Shown: positions 10,219-19,841 of the stretch, piece by piece
How the letters are laid out: each line of letters starts with the position of its first letter
Position numbering within the stretch: the stretch's first letter is position 1
DNA from: a virus
Taxonomy: Duplodnaviria; Caudoviricetes
DNA: 64,000 nucleotides
IMG/VR virus record: IMGVR_UViG_3300028888_000073
Location: 53,950 to 117,949 of that record
Reading direction: 5' to 3' (one strand)
Notes under the pieces: model-generated
The model's database searches: none
The model's input: only the letters and a program-made list of their open reading frames with translations
What the model was told of the DNA's origin: nothing
Position numbers and translations under genes: made by a program

Positions 10219-10587
10219 TTATTCTTCTTCGTCATAGCATCCGGTGTTAAATTCATTCATTGCTTTGAAATACGCAATAGGGAGTTGATCATAATACAAT
10301 GTGCCGGAAGCACACTTGAATTCTCCCATCATCGTGTCACAGTCCACTTCATAGTCATCATCATCTCCGATCTTTTTCCGAATATATGCAATATCATTTT
10401 CAGTAAATTCAGGAAGTTTGTCAGATTGATATGCAAGATAAAAATATGTGCCGTTCTTTAGAATTACAAAGTATAACTGCCCAAGATCCATGTCAGTGTC
10501 ATCACACTCACCAATATACACGTAGTTAGGATTTTCATCCATCTTATTCTTGATATACATTACTTCTTTCACAAGTGTATCAAACAT
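10219..10587 (-). CDS. Hypothetical protein
   Basis: ORF track 10219..10605; ATG at 10587 preferred. Confidence 0.7.
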   Translation of the reverse strand: MFDTLVKEVMYIKNKMDENPNYVYIGECDDTDMDLGQLYFVILKNGTYFYLAYQSDKLPEFTENDIAYIRKKIGDDDDYEVDCDTMMGEFKCASGTLYYDQLPIAYFKAMNEFNTGCYDEEE

Positions 10588-10605
10588 GTAAGACCATCCC
10601 TTCAA

Positions 10606-10770
10606 TCAATTCTTCTCAGTTGCAACACAGTTTGCAATTGCATATTCACTTTTCATTAGAATAACTTTGCCGATAGCATCTCGCTCATTTTCGGCTTCAA
10701 CCTCAACCTTAAATCTGTGATTTCCAAACAGGATACAACAGTTATCATACTCAACAATATAAGTTTTCAT
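10606..10770 (-). CDS. Small hypothetical protein (54 aa, below ORF-track cut-off)
   Basis: MKTYIVEYDNCCILFGNHRFKVEVEAENERDAIGK..., with AAGGAG RBS; first gene after promoter copy 2. Confidence 0.65.
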   Translation of the reverse strand: MKTYIVEYDNCCILFGNHRFKVEVEAENERDAIGKVILMKSEYAIANCVATEKN

Positions 10771-10812
10771 AATTAACTCCTTTCAGCATCGACATCACCA
10801 TCTCACAAATAT

Positions 10813-10841
10813 AGTATAACATATTTATGCAGAAATGTCAA
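10813..10841 (-). promoter_or_regulatory. Repeated promoter, copy 2
   Basis: TTGACA-N17-TATACT with TGn. Confidence 0.85.
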
Positions 10842-10907
10842 GTAGTTTCCGGAAAGTTATTGTAGAAGTATTCACATTATCGCATAGATATTTTGTACAA
10901 GATATAT

Positions 10908-10941
10908 AAAAGCCGCTAATCATTATATCGACTAGCGGCTT
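10908..10941 (-). terminator. Intrinsic terminator
   Basis: AGCCGCTA/TAGCGGCT stem followed by a T tract on the minus strand. Confidence 0.6.
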
Positions 10942-10952
10942 CTGATCAAAAC

Positions 10953-11342
10953 TTATTCATCATCGCCGTCAAAGTATCCGGATTCTTCCATTTCATCAAG
11001 AACTTCTGATACTGCCTGTCCAACCAGATAGCATCTGATTGTACAATCCGCGTATTCAGGATCAGTAAGTGCCTTTTTGTAGCTTTCAAGTTCGTCACCA
11101 AAACATTCAAGTGCGTCAACAAGAATGTCAGAATTCATTGCAAGTGCTTCCCGTGCCTTGTATGCATTACAGTAATAAGAACCACTTGCGTTTCCTGTAA
11201 CACTGTCCTCAGTGAAACAATCATCATTCAGTCGTTCTTCCAGACCATCACGATCATCAATCCAATCCTCACGGTCAATGTTGTCCTCGATATACTCCTT
11301 AACGTCAGCTTTAACAGCTTCAAGATAATCATACTTCTGCAT
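10953..11342 (-). CDS. Conserved phage hypothetical protein (SVTGNASGSY motif)
   Basis: 129-aa ORF with strong AAGGAGG RBS; single-gene cassette. Confidence 0.8.
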   Translation of the reverse strand: MQKYDYLEAVKADVKEYIEDNIDREDWIDDRDGLEERLNDDCFTEDSVTGNASGSYYCNAYKAREALAMNSDILVDALECFGDELESYKKALTDPEYADCTIRCYLVGQAVSEVLDEMEESGYFDGDDE

Positions 11343-11398
11343 AATAATTTCCTCCTTTAGTTACGTTTTCACGCTTTTGGAATCTCTCTTACAAATAT

Positions 11399-11427
11399 AG
11401 TATACCATATTTCAAGGCAAATGTCAA
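11399..11427 (-). promoter_or_regulatory. Repeated promoter, copy 3
   Basis: TTGACA-N17-TATACT with TGn; hairpin at 11452-11482 upstream. Confidence 0.85.
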
Positions 11428-11520
11428 GTAGTTTGTAGGAAAATAAAAAAGAAAATCCTACCAAATAATTGATAGGATTTTTGTATATAGTGACAACATG
11501 TTCTTTTTTGAAATGTTTTA

Positions 11521-12465
11521 TTATTTATTCTCTGTATTTTTCTGTGTAAATTTTGGAGTAAATAACTTTTTACCAATATAGATACCATTCATGAAATCAT
11601 TAACAACTTCATCTGTGCATTCAATACCGTCAATAGAACAGAGTGATGTCAGATATTCACCACACGCTTCATTGTATTTAATCTCATTGATAAAATCACA
11701 GAATGCCTGACATTCTTCTCTTGATCTAAATATAATATGCATAAACTTAGGTGTCTTTCTTCCGGAGTAGTATGTTCCGGGTTTAGTTTCAAGTTGAATT
11801 AACTCATTGAAATCTTCTCCGGAGTAATATGTGTGATCAGTAAGTTCGACTCTATCTCCATCTGAACTTGTATCTGTAAAGATTCTTACACCATCACCAA
11901 AGCGATCAACTACCTCATATGTTCCAATCTTTGTTGGTTTATATTGACATACACATTGTTTACATGGGCAGGACTCAGTTAGATGTTTACCTGTAGGGCT
12001 TGTAAATTCGATCTGCCTGTTATTATTACATCTATCACATTTATCAAACATATCGTATACATATTCATTTGTTACAATATAGCCATCTTCAAAGAAGTCT
12101 TTCACAAATCTCTTGAAACTCTTATTCTTTAATGTTTCCATGTTTTCCTTAAACTTTCTTTCAAGGTCTGCAAGCGCGGTCTGATAAGTGTCATACTCAG
12201 CACGGAATTCGCTCAGTTTTCTATTCTCATCCTCTAAGAATTCGACCTTATTTCTGTACTCAGCACGGATGCACTTTTTAAGTGTTTCAACTAATGGCTT
12301 CAATTCTTTTGATCTTAGATACGATGGGTAACAATCCTCATCAAAGAAATCATCAGAATCTTCATCATCATAATCATAGTTATCATCTTCAGGAGTACCT
12401 AATTTATCATAGTCATTTTCAAGCATATGAAACGCCCATGCATCAGCAAGTTCAAAATTATCCAT
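11521..12465 (-). CDS. Hypothetical protein with coiled coil and CxxC...CxC Zn-binding motifs
   Basis: ORF track 11521..12537; GGAGG RBS favours ATG at 12465. Confidence 0.75.
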   Translation of the reverse strand: MDNFELADAWAFHMLENDYDKLGTPEDDNYDYDDEDSDDFFDEDCYPSYLRSKELKPLVETLKKCIRAEYRNKVEFLEDENRKLSEFRAEYDTYQTALADLERKFKENMETLKNKSFKRFVKDFFEDGYIVTNEYVYDMFDKCDRCNNNRQIEFTSPTGKHLTESCPCKQCVCQYKPTKIGTYEVVDRFGDGVRIFTDTSSDGDRVELTDHTYYSGEDFNELIQLETKPGTYYSGRKTPKFMHIIFRSREECQAFCDFINEIKYNEACGEYLTSLCSIDGIECTDEVVNDFMNGIYIGKKLFTPKFTQKNTENK

Positions 12466-12728
12466 TAGTCGCCCCTCCGAACAAAACAGTATACAGGAAC
12501 AGATGTAATATTCTTTGTTTCCGGCGTAATCCACCATGTAGCCAAACTATTACTGCCCTCACAGAATCCAAAATGTGCGAATCTATATTCAGTACAATAT
12601 TCAATATTATCTGTGTTAAGTTCTTTCTTTGCAATCTCCCGTGCTTGCACATTATCAAACTTTCTTGCGTTTACAGCAACAATATCTCTACCTGTTTCAT
12701 CTTCAAACATATCATAAATAAAAGCCAT
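12465..12728 (-). CDS. Hypothetical protein
   Basis: GGAGG RBS; stop overlaps the next start. Confidence 0.7.
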   Translation of the reverse strand: MAFIYDMFEDETGRDIVAVNARKFDNVQAREIAKKELNTDNIEYCTEYRFAHFGFCEGSNSLATWWITPETKNITSVPVYCFVRRGD

Positions 12729-12745
12729 AGTTATTCTTCCTCCAA

Positions 12746-13021
12746 TTAACAATAAAATTCTTCTTCACGGTCAAACTCAGACTTTTCAGTTTTCATGCAG
12801 TTTGGCATGAAGTCTGTAAGTTCTGTCTCAATAGTTCTACCATCTTGCTTTGCAATTCTTTCATTTTCTTTCCATTCACTCTCAGTGTACTGAAACGCCC
12901 ACTCTCTGCCGAATAGCTTAAACATCTTACTACGTGCATCATCATAATCTGTTCCCTCGATAACAACGTAATGACCACCATACTTGTGCGCAACGCCAAA
13001 TGTAAAATAATAACGCTCCAT
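12746..13021 (-). CDS. Conserved phage hypothetical protein (YFTFG...WAFQY)
   Basis: 91-aa ORF with RBS. Confidence 0.75.
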   Translation of the reverse strand: MERYYFTFGVAHKYGGHYVVIEGTDYDDARSKMFKLFGREWAFQYTESEWKENERIAKQDGRTIETELTDFMPNCMKTEKSEFDREEEFYC

Positions 13022-13039
13022 TTATAATTTCCTCCAAGT

Positions 13040-13462
13040 TTATTTTTTATATTTTTTACAATCCTTACATCTAGGAAAGTTATCTGGACAAGCCTGTAAA
13101 TCTGAACAAAGTTTTCTGTAATATATAAATCCATTCTTATGTTTCATAACACTGACAATCCACGGATCATCACTGCACAACCCACCATACGAACTAAGAT
13201 ATCCTCTAGCAATACGCTTATCCCCGATATCTACACAGAATTCATATGGAGTATCAGGTGTCAATGACTTGTAAAAATTTTCAAGTTTATGCCATCCGGC
13301 AGTATTAGACTTAGTAGTGATCTTCTTTGTACTAACTGTAGTATTATGTTTACTTACTTTACTGTTAGTTGATTTCTTTTGTGATTGTGCTGTTTGTTTA
13401 TTTAGTTTCTTTGTGGTATCTGAATTCTTGTTTGAACTTCCAACATCAAATAAAGGTTTCAT
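13040..13462 (-). CDS. Hypothetical protein
   Basis: 140 aa; ATGA overlap with the upstream gene. Confidence 0.7.
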   Translation of the reverse strand: MKPLFDVGSSNKNSDTTKKLNKQTAQSQKKSTNSKVSKHNTTVSTKKITTKSNTAGWHKLENFYKSLTPDTPYEFCVDIGDKRIARGYLSSYGGLCSDDPWIVSVMKHKNGFIYYRKLCSDLQACPDNFPRCKDCKKYKK

Positions 13463-13695
13463 TTCATAATACCTCTCCGTCCGTGTCGTTTATCCTTCTG
13501 CCGCTTTGCGTGAAATTTAGAAATCACATCACTTCTATAGTTGTCATATAGTTGAAAAGTATCCACAACATCATATGATCTATTTCGTTCCTCTACATAC
13601 TTAGCCCATTTCTCACATGATGTAGCACATCCTGCACAACGATCAGCGCATCCAATACCAGTTGACTTGTCAAAGCAAGGAGTTTTCCTATCCAT
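13459..13695 (-). CDS. Small Cys-rich phage protein
   Basis: PC...CxDRxxGCxxSCEKW motif. Confidence 0.7.
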   Translation of the reverse strand: MDRKTPCFDKSTGIGCADRCAGCATSCEKWAKYVEERNRSYDVVDTFQLYDNYRSDVISKFHAKRQKDKRHGRRGIMK

Positions 13696-13704
13696 ATAAG
13701 CACC

Positions 13705-15747
13705 TCAGAACAGAGACTTTCTAGTTTTAGTCTTACTCGGATTTTGTTTTGGTTGTTTATCAATGTCAAGCAAATTAACTAATGATCTAGTTTTTAACAT
13801 ATTCATAAACATTTCCTCAGTTATAATCCTAACATTCAACTCTTTTGCCTTTTTGTTTTTAGCTGAATTACTATTAATGTCATTGTTAATTAAATGTGTT
13901 GTTTCAGAAGAAACAGAACTGCTAACCGTTCCGCCGTTACGTTTGATTGTGTCAATGATTTCATCACGGCTACAAGAAAGTTTACCAGTTATTACAAACT
14001 TCATTCCAGTAAGCAATGAACTCTCTTTCACTGTTTCACTGAAATCAAGAATGTCACACAGTTTCATATATTCTGCTACATTGTCAGCATCAGAAAACCA
14101 ATCATCAAGTGATTTTGCAACGGCATCTCCTAGTCCTTTTATCGTAGAACAAAGAAGATAAAAGTCTACTCCAAGAAGATTATTAGGATTGTTGTCAAGA
14201 TTATTAGCTATGATCTCAGCAACAGACTTACCAATTCCGTCAATATTCAAAGCACCTAGCAATCTACTTAGTGTTGTGTGTTTCGATCTTTCAATAGATT
14301 CTTTAAGTACATCAACAGATTTCTTACCAAATCCGGAAAGACTGCAAAGACTGTCGTAATGTGTGTCAACAAATTTATAGATATCAGAATATTTTTTAAT
14401 ATAATTAAGTCTTACCAATTTATCAATCGTTTTCTCAGATAGACCATCAATATTCATTCCGTGCTTTGATGTAAATGAAGCAAACTTCTTGATCATCTTT
14501 CCAACGCAATGTTCGTTTGTACATTTAAGAACAACAACACCGTCATTTGTAACTAATTCAGTCTCAGATGAACAGTATGGACATTGCTTCGGAACAAACT
14601 GCATATATTCATCTGCATTGGAATGCTTTGTAAGATTATAACGTACCTGCGGAATGATCTCATTCGCTTTATACACTTCAATATAATCATCCTTTGCAAG
14701 ATTAAGCTGTGCAAGAATTGAGATATTATGAACACTTGCTCGTGTAACAGTAGTTCCGTCAATGTCAACCGCATCAAATACTGCCGTAGGAGTAAGTACA
14801 CCAGTTTTACCAATTGTAAAATCAATATCATTTAGTGTTGTATTGTATCCGTCATCATAAAACTTATAGGCAAGTCCATTTCTATAATGATGTGCTGTAC
14901 TTCCTAAAGATTCACCATAAGCAATATCATCATACATTGCAACAATTCCATCAATAGGAACATAATCATTATCAGCTTTCACCTTTAGCATTTGAATAGC
15001 ATCTTTAATACTTTTTAATGCATTTGTTAAATATGGAATATATGTCACAACATTAAATCCGAGTTCTCTTGCGGCTTCAAGACCGGAAGTCATACAACCA
15101 TTAGTCGATATATCGTTTGCATTCCATACAACAAATCTAACAAACCGCTTCGCACATATTCCGCTATTCAACTGTCTAACTGATCCGCTTGCAAGATTTC
15201 TAGGATTCTTATAAGGTTCTTCCAGTGTTGAATTGATGTATACAAAATCATCCTTATGAATAATAGCTTCTCCGGTAATACGTATTGTTCCTTTAACACG
15301 TATCTTAGATGGAACACCTATGAAAGTTCTAGCGTTGTGTGTAATATCTTCTCCAGTATATCCATCGCCGCGAGTCTCCGCACGTACCAGTCTACCATCT
15401 ACATATGTCAACTGACATGTAAGACCGTCTAGCTTGTGCATCAGTACAATGTCTTTACCACGTCTAAACTTTTCAACCGCTTCAATATCCTTTGCTTTAT
15501 CAAGTGAAAGTAACGGTTTATAGTGTTCAACTTTTTCCAAATTACTAAGTACAGTATAACCAACATTCTGTGTCGGAGAATTTGAAAGTATAATTCCTGT
15601 TTCATCTTCAAGACGTTTCAGGTCATCAAATAGCTTATCATACTTTTCATCCGGAATAGGTGAATTGTTTTCAACATAGTAAAAATATCTGCATTTATTC
15701 AGATATTCTACAAGATCATTAATTTGTTGTTGCTTTGTCATATTCAT
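13705..15747 (-). CDS. ligA: NAD-dependent DNA ligase
   Basis: YY...DxxYD, KLDG adenylation motif, TRGDG, NPRNLASG, Zn finger, HhH and BRCT (FVITG...THLI). Start moved from 15891 to ATG at 15747. Confidence 0.95.
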   Translation of the reverse strand: MNMTKQQQINDLVEYLNKCRYFYYVENNSPIPDEKYDKLFDDLKRLEDETGIILSNSPTQNVGYTVLSNLEKVEHYKPLLSLDKAKDIEAVEKFRRGKDIVLMHKLDGLTCQLTYVDGRLVRAETRGDGYTGEDITHNARTFIGVPSKIRVKGTIRITGEAIIHKDDFVYINSTLEEPYKNPRNLASGSVRQLNSGICAKRFVRFVVWNANDISTNGCMTSGLEAARELGFNVVTYIPYLTNALKSIKDAIQMLKVKADNDYVPIDGIVAMYDDIAYGESLGSTAHHYRNGLAYKFYDDGYNTTLNDIDFTIGKTGVLTPTAVFDAVDIDGTTVTRASVHNISILAQLNLAKDDYIEVYKANEIIPQVRYNLTKHSNADEYMQFVPKQCPYCSSETELVTNDGVVVLKCTNEHCVGKMIKKFASFTSKHGMNIDGLSEKTIDKLVRLNYIKKYSDIYKFVDTHYDSLCSLSGFGKKSVDVLKESIERSKHTTLSRLLGALNIDGIGKSVAEIIANNLDNNPNNLLGVDFYLLCSTIKGLGDAVAKSLDDWFSDADNVAEYMKLCDILDFSETVKESSLLTGMKFVITGKLSCSRDEIIDTIKRNGGTVSSSVSSETTHLINNDINSNSAKNKKAKELNVRIITEEMFMNMLKTRSLVNLLDIDKQPKQNPSKTKTRKSLF

Positions 15748-16156
15748 GCTCTCTTTCAAATAATTTCTTATAACATTTAGGTCCGAATCCAACCTCAATA
15801 GAAGTTTCATCAATAAGCTGTCTGCCGCAGTGAGCACAGCGCCCAGTATGCATAATACGATACTCGTCACTGTCTCTGTTGCGGATAGCATCTAATATTG
15901 TCTGAATCTGAATATCAGTTTCATTGATGCCGTACTTATCATTATGCTTGTATGTAAGAACATTACCACGAATCTTAAAGTATCCACAGTAAATATTCTT
16001 ATTCTCTTTCTTGATGTAAAGCTGATATATTTTGTTATTATCAACTCCGTTATCTTTCCTGAAAATCTTGTATGCAAATCTTACAAAGTCAGTTTCAATT
16101 ATGAACGTGCAATTTCCGGCAAACATAAATCTGATTTTATTCCTAATGATCCCCAA
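15719..16156 (-). CDS. DUF6011-like Zn-ribbon protein
   Basis: GRCAHCGRQLIDETSIEVGFGPKC; GGAGGTG RBS favours TTG at 16156. Confidence 0.7.
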   Translation of the reverse strand: MGIIRNKIRFMFAGNCTFIIETDFVRFAYKIFRKDNGVDNNKIYQLYIKKENKNIYCGYFKIRGNVLTYKHNDKYGINETDIQIQTILDAIRNRDSDEYRIMHTGRCAHCGRQLIDETSIEVGFGPKCYKKLFEREHEYDKATTN

Positions 16157-16192
16157 ATAAAACACCTCCTGACAATGCAATCTTACAATTAT

Positions 16193-16221
16193 AGTATAAC
16201 ATATTTGTAAGAAATTGTCAA
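16193..16221 (-). promoter_or_regulatory. Repeated promoter, copy 4
   Basis: TTGACA-N17-TATACT with TGn. Confidence 0.85.
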
Positions 16222-16244
16222 GAGGGTTTTCAAATTTTCATATT

Positions 16245-16520
16245 TTAACTATTTGTATTATCTTCATATGTTCCGTCAAGCTGTGCCTTAATTCCATTCA
16301 CAATATCGTCAGTGTCATAATTATCAAAATCACTCTTATCAATTGTTGCGTATGAATCATCACCGTCTGTAATAAAAACAGTTTTATCTGAATCATCATC
16401 ACACCAATACTTAATACCATCTTCACTGCCGCTAAACTTATAGTTTCCGTTATCAAATTGATCTTTGCAGTATGCAACTATATTGTTTATATTATCACCA
16501 ATAGATTCAAACAGTCTCAT
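16245..16520 (-). CDS. Acidic hypothetical protein with MRLFES leader
   Basis: AGGTGG RBS before ATG at 16520. Confidence 0.7.
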   Translation of the reverse strand: MRLFESIGDNINNIVAYCKDQFDNGNYKFSGSEDGIKYWCDDDSDKTVFITDGDDSYATIDKSDFDNYDTDDIVNGIKAQLDGTYEDNTNS

Positions 16521-16533
16521 ATTAACCACCTTT

Positions 16534-16863
16534 TCAATAATCTTCTTCACCGTAATCACAAATCGGACAGCTTCCAGAATCATCTAGCGTAGTGTCACAC
16601 TCCGGACACGTATCAATTTCTGTACGCTCAATATCATCAAAATCCTGTTCCCCATCCATATCAATTATAAAATCATCAAATATAAGTATATCACTTCTAT
16701 TCATATTGAGGTCGTTTGCGATCCGGTGTCGGAAGTTGTTACGCGCCTGACTTAAAGATACTGCAAGTGTTTCATATGGTGGGTTCAAATCTCTAAGTAA
16801 ACCGTTATCAATACCGAACTTATCAAGTCTGTATCTATGTCTGTTATCCTCTAGTATGATCAT
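16534..16863 (-). CDS. Zn-ribbon protein with MIILED leader
   Basis: C-terminal CPEC...CPIC; GAGGTG RBS. Confidence 0.7.
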   Translation of the reverse strand: MIILEDNRHRYRLDKFGIDNGLLRDLNPPYETLAVSLSQARNNFRHRIANDLNMNRSDILIFDDFIIDMDGEQDFDDIERTEIDTCPECDTTLDDSGSCPICDYGEEDY

Positions 16864-16875
16864 ATGAAGCACCTC

Positions 16876-17424
16876 TTAGAATTTCAGATATGTAAGTGTC
16901 GGAGGAATTGAATCAAGTTCATCTTCTAATTCTCGTTTCTTAGACTCTAGTCTATCTTGCTTGATCTGAACCTTGTCAGCATCAGCTAATAGTCGTTCAC
17001 GTTCTTCTTCTGTAATGTCATCAAATTTTGTATTAAAATCTTCCCAATATGCATCAATTTTTAATAGCATGTCATCTATGGTATCAATTTCTGACTTCTT
17101 GCGAGAATACTCAGGATTGTCAATAGTATATGTTATTCTGTCGTAAAACTTAGTTCCCTCATCTGTAGTATATCCAACATGTATGGGAGTATTCGGAAAA
17201 TCTTTGTCAAGAGATTTAAGCAATTCCGTTGCTATGCCTTGTCTTTTATATTCCGGAAGAACCGTTGTCATTTGAATATATGGTTCATCTTCGTAAATAG
17301 AATATTCTAACTTTCCAACAACCTTATCATCAACAATATAATCTTTGTTCATATCGACCTGACCGCTGTAAGCACCTACAGAGTATGTTGATATTCTTCC
17401 ATCAAGTTCTTCTAATATGATCAT
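16876..17424 (-). CDS. GNAT-family acetyltransferase with MIILEE leader and C-terminal coiled coil
   Basis: Acetyl-CoA motif A VLPEYKRQGIATELL followed by TDEGTKFY. Confidence 0.75.
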   Translation of the reverse strand: MIILEELDGRISTYSVGAYSGQVDMNKDYIVDDKVVGKLEYSIYEDEPYIQMTTVLPEYKRQGIATELLKSLDKDFPNTPIHVGYTTDEGTKFYDRITYTIDNPEYSRKKSEIDTIDDMLLKIDAYWEDFNTKFDDITEEERERLLADADKVQIKQDRLESKKRELEDELDSIPPTLTYLKF

Positions 17425-17434
17425 ATACAAAACC

Positions 17435-17938
17435 TCACTGTCTACCTGCAACATCTAATAGCTTATCAATATCATAAAAAGATTCAACGCCGCGATCTAA
17501 ATATTTCTGGATAACTTTTCTATTCTTTTCAATGCCGAACTTCTTTATCAGTCTAGGCATATCAGAAAGCCTGTAATGAAAACTTTCATCATTTAGAATC
17601 CATGTATCAATAAACACAATATCATTTGCTTTTACATCTTCATAAACACCGTATTCAGTATCATTTAATTCTACATAGTTGTCATTGTGTTTATTCTTAA
17701 ATGCAACCGTACAGCCACCATAGCCGCTTCCTCCGCCGTTTGTAACACACCATATGAAGTTACCCTCATACTCCAATTGACGCGCCTTGTCAATACGTAG
17801 ACCGTGCTTAGAAATAGAATCTACATTTTCATATTGAGTATTATGGTATAGCATATCAGGAGTATTGTATTGTGGATATTCGTACTTATCAAGAAGATAT
17901 GTAAAATCATATATTCCAACATTTTCTAGTATGATCAT
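17435..17938 (-). CDS. ADP-ribosyltransferase-fold (ART/Tpt1-like) protein with MIILEN leader
   Basis: LYHNT...SISKHGL strand-1 motif, YG, and a distal EY.V...V. Confidence 0.55.
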   Translation of the reverse strand: MIILENVGIYDFTYLLDKYEYPQYNTPDMLYHNTQYENVDSISKHGLRIDKARQLEYEGNFIWCVTNGGGSGYGGCTVAFKNKHNDNYVELNDTEYGVYEDVKANDIVFIDTWILNDESFHYRLSDMPRLIKKFGIEKNRKVIQKYLDRGVESFYDIDKLLDVAGRQ

Positions 17939-17953
17939 TTTACAACACCTACA

Positions 17954-18745
17954 TCATTTCTCAATCTTTACAGGCTCTAACCACTTACGAGGTTTACCTT
18001 TGAAAGACCGTTCTTTGCGCTCTTGTGCTAAGAATTTATTAGCATCTGACGTAACACGTTTTACCGCATTAACACGTTTTACTAATTCATCTGCAACATC
18101 TACAGTATACATATAGTTGTTCCGAACCTGCACCATAGTTTGTTCAAGACTTCTTAATTTATTTAACAAAGCAGTAATATGTTTATTATATTGATCTTTC
18201 TTTCCCGGATTGGTTGCCCAATCTCCCATTTCATCAATCAGAGTTTTAATTGTGTCGTACCCATTCTGAACATCCTTAATATATTCAGGAAGTTTATTCT
18301 GCTGTAATACTTTCACATAATAATCTCTGTTTACTTGTGGATCATAGTTTTTGCTATAAACATAATTTGTTGATGCCGGAAGATTCTCTTTGTCCTTTGT
18401 TGATATCATTCCTGTAAGATCATCCATTCGCTGTCTACGTCTACTTGTAACGCTAACACCACCCGATTCTATTTCATACACATCATACATTTCAAAGTCT
18501 TTAAGTTTCAGCTTCTTTGGGTTGTATTCAAACTTTCCTCGTGTGTAATATGCAATAACATCTGAACCGTCAGCAACAAGAAAACTACTATCTCTAGCTG
18601 TTCTTGGATTGAACGTGTCAATCTTGTGTAATTCAGAATCTTGAAGATTGATTGTTTTGTTTATTTTATCTATAACATCCCGTGAAACACTAAGACCAAT
18701 CTTTCTGATATCAGAAATAACATTTTCATTAACTAAGCTAATCAT
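17954..18745 (-). CDS. Hypothetical protein with MISLVNE leader
   Basis: GAGGTG RBS at 18755-18760 favours ATG at 18745. Confidence 0.75.
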   Translation of the reverse strand: MISLVNENVISDIRKIGLSVSRDVIDKINKTINLQDSELHKIDTFNPRTARDSSFLVADGSDVIAYYTRGKFEYNPKKLKLKDFEMYDVYEIESGGVSVTSRRRQRMDDLTGMISTKDKENLPASTNYVYSKNYDPQVNRDYYVKVLQQNKLPEYIKDVQNGYDTIKTLIDEMGDWATNPGKKDQYNKHITALLNKLRSLEQTMVQVRNNYMYTVDVADELVKRVNAVKRVTSDANKFLAQERKERSFKGKPRKWLEPVKIEK

Positions 18746-18747
18746 AT

Positions 18748-18825
18748 AAAAATTCACCTCTACAAAATATAAAAGTTACAACATATAATGTCTATTTTAC
18801 TATATTTTGTAAAAGGTGAATTTTT
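18748..18825 (-). promoter_or_regulatory. Long inverted repeat that occludes the RBS of 17954..18745
   Basis: Arms AAAAATTCACCTCTACAAAATATA and TATATTTTGTAAAAGGTGAATTTTT are near-perfectly complementary. Confidence 0.6.
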
Positions 18826-18841
18826 TAGTTTTTGTGAGTGT

Positions 18842-19485
18842 TTAATAGTATTGTGATTCAGCAACGCGCTTCGATTCTTCGTAGATTTCTTCAACTATAT
18901 GTTTATTATCTATGTAGTAACTCTCAGTATGTGTCGGCTGATCAAACCAACTCATATAATATTTAATCGCTCTGCTCTGCTTATTTGATTTATTTATCCT
19001 GCCGCTTTGAAAGATTGAAGTATATGTTCTGCTTATAATATTCTTACCAGATATATCATATTCCGTTCTAACTACAAGTTTAATTAACTCTCTGTGTACA
19101 TTGTTAATAAGTATCACCATCTGATCTGTATTTAATTAGAATATTATAAAAGCAGTTCAAATAATTGTAGATTTCTTCATCATCTGTTGCTATATACTTT
19201 TCCATAAGTTTATTAAACGTCTTTGCATCATTATTATCTGCGGTATATTTATTGATAATATCCCGATAGTTGTCTGCAAGCTGTTTAACCTTGTCTACTC
19301 TTTCCATAATTATAACCTCTCTCGACAAAGGAATTAGGATCAAGTATGATGCTCTGTCTCCTTAGTGCATATCTGCAAATTCTATAGATTCCAGACTGTT
19401 CGATATTGTCTTTGCATTCATCACAAATATATCCGACATCAATACATTTAGCACAATAGATACAAAACTTAGTCACACAAATCAC
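18842..19485 (-). CDS. Three small hypothetical genes (18842..19120, 19104..19343, 19285..19485)
   Basis: Overlapping co-oriented ORFs; exact starts uncertain. Confidence 0.5.
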
Positions 19486-19841
19486 TCCTTTTGTGTAGGT
19501 TTAATTTCTTTTCTTTTTACAATTTTACAGCCACTCCAATTAAACGTCATACCCTGTTCAAGATTCAACTTGACATCGGAATTATTGTCTTTATAGTTGC
19601 TCAGTGTGAATCTATCATTTTCAAATACGACTTCTGCCGTATTCTTAAACTCAACCGGATCTGAAAGACCATAAACTGAACAACTGTAGTCAGTAAATTC
19701 AACCGTGTCACCTGTGTAGATTGCGCTACCGTCCTTATCACTTCTGCCAAAGTAGACTCCGCAAGCGGGATCATACTTAGAAATAAAATGCCAGAATCCG
19801 AGTTCATCAATCACTCTAAAGCAAAACAATTCACCGCTCAT
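19482..19841 (-). CDS. YopX-like phage protein
   Basis: GxxDKDGxxIYxGDxV motif. Confidence 0.6.
   Translation of the reverse strand: MSGELFCFRVIDELGFWHFISKYDPACGVYFGRSDKDGSAIYTGDTVEFTDYSCSVYGLSDPVEFKNTAEVVFENDRFTLSNYKDNNSDVKLNLEQGMTFNWSGCKIVKRKEIKPTQKE

Noticed and set aside
15748-15891. Hydrophobic N-terminal extension on the DNA ligase
   Set aside because: Overlaps the DUF6011-like gene in another frame; ligase homology starts near MTKQ
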